A DNA stretch of 64,000 nt, from the NCBI GenBank assembly GCA_963837955.1, contig CAWIPH010000002.1, positions 3,392,001 through 3,456,000 of the forward strand, given 5' to 3'. This stretch comes from an uncultured Verrucomicrobiae bacterium. GTDB lineage: Bacteria > Verrucomicrobiota > Verrucomicrobiia > Chthoniobacterales > JAFAMB01. Below, in pieces: positions 58,507-64,000 of this stretch; within the stretch, counting starts at the first letter, position 1, and the number at the start of each line of letters is the position of its first letter. Below the pieces are notes generated by a model. It had not been told where the DNA came from, made no database searches, and saw only the letters and a list, made by a program, of their open reading frames with translations. A program made the position numbers and the translations under genes.

Positions 58507-59227
58507 ATGAAGATCGGAATTATCGGAGCGGGGAAAGTTGGCGGTGGCCTTGGAAAGTTGTGGGTTAAAGCCGGACATCAAGTCCTCTTCAGTTCGCGTC
58601 ATCCAAAGCGCCTAAGAGTGCTAGTCGAAGAAGCGGGACCAGGAGCGTATCTCGGCGACGTTGGAGATGCGGCTCTGTTTGGCGATGTAATCTTGTTCTC
58701 GCCAAATTTCTGGGGCGTGGACGATGCATTAGCAGGCCGCGGGACCAATGAAAGGGAGGACAGTGATCGATGTCACAAACCCGGTCGAGTGGAATCCGAA
58801 CGGCAGGATGGTCCGTTCTCTGCCTCAGTCAACCTCGGCGGGCGAAGAGCTGGCTAAAAAACTTCCAAATGCTCGCGTCGTTAAAGCATTCAGCACCATT
58901 CCTGCGTCTTTCATTCCGCACGCGACTTACCGAACCGGCCCGCTTCAGCGTTTGGTCGTGTTTTACTGCGGCGATTACCAAACATCAAAAGCAATTGTTC
59001 ATCAATTAGTCACGGATAGTGGATTTGTCGGTCTTGATGCTGGCCGGCTGCGAATGGCCAAAGAACTTGAGGCTCCAGGTCGAATGAATCGAGCCGGTCT
59101 CATAGGGATCGCACAAGCTAAGCGTCTACTTAATCAGCTCACTGGTTCGGTCCAAAATGAGTCGCTAGTGTCTTACGTTTCTAACGAACCAGCATTCGTT
59201 GAGGAAGCGGGCGCGTCCGCGAATTAG
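58507..59227 (+). CDS. NADPH-dependent F420 reductase-like oxidoreductase, frameshifted at about 58732
   Basis: MKIGIIGAGKVG...SSRHP in one frame; GRTVIDVTNP, VVKAFS, CGD and LDAG in the next. Confidence 0.85.
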
Positions 59228-59230
59228 AAG

Positions 59231-59390
59231 GTCACTGATCAGTGATTACTGATTACTGATTACTGATTACTGATTAATAAAAGGGGCGGTGAGAGATTTC
59301 TACCGAGAACTTGCCGATATGCATCCACTAATCACTTCTCACCTGTCACCTCTCATGCGCTGGATCCCTGAGCCGGGAGGATCAGGCTAC
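59231..59390. repeat. heptamer/palindromic element, partial copy of 17143-17364
   Basis: GATTACT x4, GAGAGATTTCTACCGAG core and CCTGAGCCGGGAGGATCAGGCTAC end; lies between convergent genes. Confidence 0.75.
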
Positions 59391-59413
59391 GTAAGAGAAC
59401 GAAATTTGCGGCG

Positions 59414-60064
59414 TCAACGCTTCGAGGACTGCAAGTCACGCAACGGAACTGTCGGCTTGATGTTCTGCTGCGTGTGTATACTCAGCTCAGTCTGTTCCCA
59501 CGTATCGATCGTGGTCTTCAGTCGCGGCTCAAGTTTTCGCATCATACCGCTGCAGTAATCATAGTATTGCCGCAACCACTCGCGCCGGTACTCGAAATTG
59601 TCTGCTTTATTAGAATTGTCCCACATCTGGATGGCAGTAGGATCCAGTTGAGCGATGGTCTGAATCTGGCGAAATCGAACCTTGTCTTTCACATCTTGTT
59701 CAGCCAGCGGTTTGGGCTTAGGAGTCGGCGTTCCGATCGGTATGCCCTGAGGGAGTAGGTCGGCCGGATTAGGACCGGGAGTTGGTGTGGGCGGTAACTT
59801 GCCGGATTCTGGTAGGAGATCGGGGGCGGAAGGTGGCGGAGTTGGAATCGGAACACTGTCCGGGTTTGGCAAAAGATCGCGCGGTATTTTCGGGATCGGT
59901 GTCGCCGATGGCGAAGGCGAAGATGAGGCGGAGGCTGAAGGCGAAGGGGCACTTAATGGCGACGGGGAAGGTGACGGCGAGGCCGACGCGCTCGGTTGCG
60001 CGGTTTGGGCCCGCCCAGTGACCCCTGCAAAACAGAAAACTACGACCAAGAAAATCCGCACCAT
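59414..60064 (-). CDS. secreted Pro/Ser/Thr-rich protein
   Basis: Signal peptide (..GRA-Q), SP/TP linker with PDLLP repeats and a helical C-terminal domain. Confidence 0.75.
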   Translation of the reverse strand: MVRIFLVVVFCFAGVTGRAQTAQPSASASPSPSPSPLSAPSPSASASSSPSPSATPIPKIPRDLLPNPDSVPIPTPPPSAPDLLPESGKLPPTPTPGPNPADLLPQGIPIGTPTPKPKPLAEQDVKDKVRFRQIQTIAQLDPTAIQMWDNSNKADNFEYRREWLRQYYDYCSGMMRKLEPRLKTTIDTWEQTELSIHTQQNIKPTVPLRDLQSSKR

Positions 60065-60224
60065 AACTAGTTTGGGATACTAGCGCGGGTTTACTCGAAA
60101 AAAAGGGCAAACCGGACCGTCTGAAAGCAGCCTATGCTCGATAACAAGTTTGCGCATCCCCGAAGGCCAGTAGGATTGACAATTTCCACGACCGAAGCGG
60201 ATTATACCATTCAATGAACAGCCT

Positions 60225-61172
60225 ATGCGCGATTCTCTGCCTGGGTTGATTTGGGCTGGGTCAATCTTTGCGTTGTCACTCGCGCCCGCCAGCGCAGTTA
60301 CATCGACACCAGGATCGACGCCGCTCCCAACTACAGCCTCTGCGGAAGACGCCACTGCCAGCTCGGCCCAGGAGCCGAGGCACCTGCAGTCCGACGCTGT
60401 AAAAGCGTTTCGGAAGACTGCTCTACAGGTGGAGTTTCCCAGTAAAGGCTTGACTCTCCGCGGCTGGGTTTACAAGCCAGCCGGCCATGGTCCGTTCCCA
60501 GCGATCGTTTGGAATCATGGCGCGGAAAAGATCCCTTCCGCTCGGCCCGAGCTTGGTCTGTTTTGCACCCAACACGGTTACTTAGTCTTTGTGCCGGTTC
60601 GGCATGGGCATAGCCCGTCGCCCGGGGAATACTTTGGCGATACGATCCAAGAGTACATCGCGTCTGGCGAAGACCGAGCTTCTATTCAAAAAAAGGCGGT
60701 TGCACTCGAAGAGGAGTATAACGAAGACGTTGTCGCCGCTCTGGTTTGGTTGAAAAAACAGACGTTTACAAAAGCCGATTCAATCGCGATTACCGGCGTG
60801 GCGTACGGCGGTTTACAGTCGTTGCTCGCAGCAGAAAAAGGTCTCGACCTACGTGCTTGTATTGCCTTCGGCCCGGGGGCGATCTCCTGGAGCAACGGAG
60901 AAATACGACAGCGAGCAATAGCGGCAGTCCAGCGTATGAATGTGCCGGTGTTCTTAATCCAAGCCGAGAATGACTATACCCTGGGACCCTCTAACGTGCT
61001 TGGTCCGATCATCAGCAATAAAGGGGGCGCAAACCGAACAAAAATCTATCCGGCATTTGGAACGACCCATGCAGAAGGACAATTCGGATTCGCCTGCTGG
61101 GAAGAGGGTATCAAGATTTGGGGCAATGATTTTCTGGACTTTCTGAAAGCAGCTGGAATGAGCGGTGGGTGA
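60225..61172 (+). CDS. secreted dienelactone hydrolase-like alpha/beta hydrolase with degenerate catalytic residues
   Basis: Signal peptide, YKPAGHGPFPAIVWNHG, PVRHGHS, TGVAYGG elbow and PVFLIQAENDY. Confidence 0.8.
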   Translation: MRDSLPGLIWAGSIFALSLAPASAVTSTPGSTPLPTTASAEDATASSAQEPRHLQSDAVKAFRKTALQVEFPSKGLTLRGWVYKPAGHGPFPAIVWNHGAEKIPSARPELGLFCTQHGYLVFVPVRHGHSPSPGEYFGDTIQEYIASGEDRASIQKKAVALEEEYNEDVVAALVWLKKQTFTKADSIAITGVAYGGLQSLLAAEKGLDLRACIAFGPGAISWSNGEIRQRAIAAVQRMNVPVFLIQAENDYTLGPSNVLGPIISNKGGANRTKIYPAFGTTHAEGQFGFACWEEGIKIWGNDFLDFLKAAGMSGG

Positions 61173-61251
61173 TTGGTGATTGGTGATTGGTGATTGGTGA
61201 TTGGTGATTGGTGATTGGTGATTGGTGATTGGGGATTGGGGATTGGGGATT
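61168..61251. repeat. heptamer tandem array (GGTGATT x9 then GGGGATT x3)
   Basis: Read directly; starts at the hydrolase stop codon. Confidence 0.95.
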
Positions 61252-61362
61252 GGGGAGAGCAAGAGTCAGGAGCGCGGAGACAGACACGGGATATCGGATG
61301 CTGCACGGGAAGACGGGGGGCCGGAAACGGCCACTGATCCCCTTAATTAATATAGGTTTCGC

Positions 61363-61735
61363 TTACCCGCTGGCAGCTCCTAGCTGGACCGGCTTGCCGT
61401 GGGGGGTTCGTCGGTACGCCTCGGCCCAGGCCTCTTTTCGCGCGAGCAACGAAGCGGGATCGGTCAAGCCCTTGGCCGCGACCAAGTGTTCGAGAGCCGC
61501 CAGCCAATCATCATAATAATGCGAACCATCGTCGGGTTCTCCGCGGCTCGTGGCGGTCTCGAGCTCGTTGGCGAGTGCAGCCGCCCATTCCTTCCATGTG
61601 AAATGCCCTTGCTCGGAGAGCTTCACCGCGAGCGCGAACGCCTGGGCCTGCCAAGGCTCGGCAAATACCGGCCCACCCTCGTCTCGCGGCAGCGCGCTTG
61701 GAGGCGCCCGGTTTCCAATATAGAATCAGGCGACT
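61363..61735 (-). CDS. nitrile hydratase accessory protein (P14K-like), 5' end frameshifted
   Basis: LPRDEGGPVFAEPWQAQAFALAVKL...FTWKEWAAAL...YYDDWLAALE...YRRTPHGKPV. Confidence 0.85.
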
Positions 61736-62381
61736 CAAGGTACTCGTCCCACATATCGATATACACGGCATCGCGCGACGAGACTTGCTCCCCCCACAGC
61801 TCGCGCGCGGCGAACCGAACCGTGTACAGGTGTTGCGGCTGCTCGCCGAGAGAATCGGCGTTGGTGTCCGGGAAGACGTAGACGCCATGGTCCAGATGGA
61901 TTGTGCCAAGCTTACCGCGCGCATAGCGTGGCAGTCGCGTGTGACCGGTCGGATGGATGTTGCGGGCACGTACGCGCTCGCCCACCTTGAATCGAGCCGT
62001 CACCCGTACTTCTCGGCTCTTGGGTCGGCCTTTCGCGAGCATGCCGGGAACGGCACTCGAAATGAGCGCGGGCGTGGCCTTTGGTGAGCCTGCCGCCGGC
62101 CTGCCGTTCTCGACTTCCGCGCGACTGACCAGCCCGTTCTTAACCATTAGCTCGACGAGTGAGTGCAGCCATTGCTCATAGTAGCTCATCCGCAGATAAT
62201 CGGCGCGGGAATAAGCTCGACCGCGTGACGAGAAGCATCGGTGGTCCATTTGCCCAGGCCCTCATCGCGCGGTTGAGTGCGAACACCCGGGCTTCCCAAG
62301 GCTCGTGAAATACCGGTTCGTTTCTTCGTATTGGATCGGGCCCATCCCGTGCATGCCGCCCATGTCATGCACGCCATTCAT
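61726..62381 (-). CDS. nthB: nitrile hydratase beta subunit, several frameshifts
   Basis: [52 protein letters not shown] and LYTVRF...ELWG...DMWDEYL, spread over shifting frames. Confidence 0.88.
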
Positions 62382-63008
62382 GGGTTGGCTCCTGCTTTCG
62401 GCAACTTAACTTTGGCGACACCGACCATCGCATCACGTGTCACCAGTGCCGCGAGTTCGCTCCTCACTCAGCTTTTCGCTGCCCGCCGGCCGCTCGGGAA
62501 GCACCAGGTAGCGTAGTTCCGCCGTGCTGTCCCAAACACGTATTTCCACATCTTCAGGCAGCTCGAGGCCGAATTCGCGCAGCACGCCACGCGGGTCGAT
62601 CACCGCCCGCGAGCGATAAGGCGCGGACTTGTACCAGACCGGCGGCAAACCAAGAACCGGCCAGGGATAGCAGGAGCACAACGTGCAGACGATAAGGTTG
62701 TGCACCTTAGGCCCGTTCTCGACCACCACCATGTGCTCGCCCTGTTCGCCGGCGAAGCCGAGCTCCTCGATCGCAGCGGTGGCGTCGGTCAGCAGACGCT
62801 TCTTGTAAGCGGGATCGACCCAGGCTCGTGCTACCACTCGCGCGCCGTTGCGCGGGCCGATCTTGTGCTCGTAGGAATCGATCAATGCATCAAGAGCCGC
62901 CGGATCGACCAGTCCCTTTTCGACGAGCAACGATTCGAGTGCCTTGACGCGAAGGGTCAGATCCGAAGGAACCGCCTGGTGGTCGTGATCGTGCTTGGCC
63001 GCTTTCAT
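62378..63008 (-). CDS. nthA: cobalt-type nitrile hydratase alpha subunit, frameshift near 62460
   Basis: [17 protein letters not shown] metal site (Thr and Tyr indicate the Co type). C-terminal [14 protein letters not shown] is in a shifted frame. Confidence 0.92.
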
Positions 63009-63142
63009 ATTGACCAGGAATTCCATTTTGGTGTCCTGGATAGATGGGAGGAACTTATACCCTACACCGTCGATGTGGCCAGCTTTTTGCAAAAGCCAAA
63101 ACTGCATTTGGCACGCGAATCGACCGCGCGCATCAATAGCTA

Positions 63143-63216
63143 TCGGGCCGGCGGGATTCGAACCCACGACCTCTTGAACCCCATTCAAGCGCACTACCAA
63201 GCTGTGCTACGGCCCG
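63143..63216 (-). tRNA. tRNA-Pro(GGG)
   Basis: CGGGCCG acceptor stem, CTTGA-ATGGGGT-TCAAG anticodon arm and GGTTCGAATCC T arm. CCA not encoded. Confidence 0.95.
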
Positions 63217-63522
63217 ATGATGAAAGAGATCCGAAGATGCGACCTCTCTCTTAAATTGCAAGCGGGAAGTCGCCGCGGAAGCATGGAGCAATGAGAAAAA
63301 GGAATAGCCGCAAAAGATCGCAAGAGCAGAAATAGGAAAATGGAAATAAACCGCGAGCAGACGATGATCCATTTCTCGCCAATCACCTCTCACTTCTCAC
63401 CGATCACTTTCGATGCGTTACGCGCATCGTGTCGTCCTGTTCAGAAATGCTTTGTTTGGTGTTCCAATAAATCATTCGCGATTTTGCGCTTCGGCGTTAC
63501 AATAACCGCTCTTCGTAAACGA

Positions 63523-63599
<77 letters not shown>

Positions 63600-63856
63600 G
63601 TCGAGTCAAGGGTTAAAGGTTGCGGCTTACGAGGGTGGCGGTTTGCGGTCAGCGGTATACGGTTCGGGTTACTTGCCTTCTAATTCCGTTGTGCATTCAG
63701 GGTTACCCATCCCACCCAACAGGCCAGAGCATTGGGTTGTTGGCTCACACACCTTGCTTCGCTGTCGCTCGACGGTGTGTTTCGCCCTACCAGCCTGATT
63801 TCTGGCGTCCCCTTCTGTATTCTGTATTCTGTATTCCGAATTCTTGTATCACCGCC

Positions 63857-64000
63857 GTGGTCCGTTTCGACATCCTAACCTTGTTTCCTGGCCTCTGCGA
63901 AGGCGCGTTCACCGAGAGTATTCTCGGAAAGGCGCAGGAGAACCAACTGATTGCCGTCCGTTGTCTGAATATTCGCGATTGGGCGACCGGCAAGCATCGA
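63857..64000 (+). CDS. trmD: tRNA (guanine-37-N1)-methyltransferase, 5' part, truncated by the window edge
   Basis: Hand translation [48 protein letters not shown] is a typical TrmD N-terminus. Confidence 0.88.
   Translation, partial: MVRFDILTLFPGLCEGAFTESILGKAQENQLIAVRCLNIRDWATGKHR

Noticed and set aside
41116..59227. Programmed frameshifting in the hydrolase (about 41704) and F420-type reductase (about 58732)
   Set aside because: No slippery heptamer or stimulatory structure was seen. Similar small indels occur in tal and the NHase genes, consistent with sequence error.
60954..61306. ORFs with PITNHQS repeats
   Set aside because: They are translations of the heptamer array, antisense to the hydrolase.
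62433..63200. 255-aa N-terminally extended nitrile hydratase alpha subunit
   Set aside because: The extension reads through the tRNA-Pro gene. The real start is at about 63008 (or 63026).
63143..63216. tRNA-Pro as the integration site of a genomic island
   Set aside because: No integrase and no duplicate of the tRNA 3' end was found by eye in this window.

Overview
Bacterial DNA, probably from a soil Verrucomicrobiota (Chthoniobacterales/Spartobacteria-like) genome; the taxon is inferred from protein and repeat styles only. From left to right: (1) a decayed two-component/kdp locus followed by an intact kdpFABC operon with an extra upstream peptide; (2) LysR, NmrA-like, DUF1772 and MBL-fold genes and an uncharacterised GT-A-like protein; (3) a sugar uptake plus pentose phosphate cluster (LamB-type porin, sugar porter, Cof HAD, tkt, NDH-2 fused to cNMP and CBS domains, pgl, zwf, gnd, DUF2090, pgi, tal, rpiB); (4) a roughly 20 kb general-stress-type island (cNMP-MscS, CBS, USP, ECF sigma, tiny membrane proteins, NRAMP, AI-2E, F420-type reductase); (5) a cobalt nitrile hydratase operon with many frameshifts, two divergent tRNA-Pro genes and the start of trmD. 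The main finding is a 66-bp cis element repeated ten times between 43.5 and 58.5 kb: ATAC-N7-CRAN-N7-CNTS-N7-GTAT followed by GGGAGA-N17-GAGAAT. It always points into the downstream gene, and one degenerate copy lies in the divergent promoter of a LysR gene. This suggests a LysR-activated regulon of stress-type genes. The window also has many deletion scars, gene chimeras, a collapsed segmental duplication and several REP-like palindromic repeat families. Scattered single-base frameshifts are probably partly long-read assembly errors.
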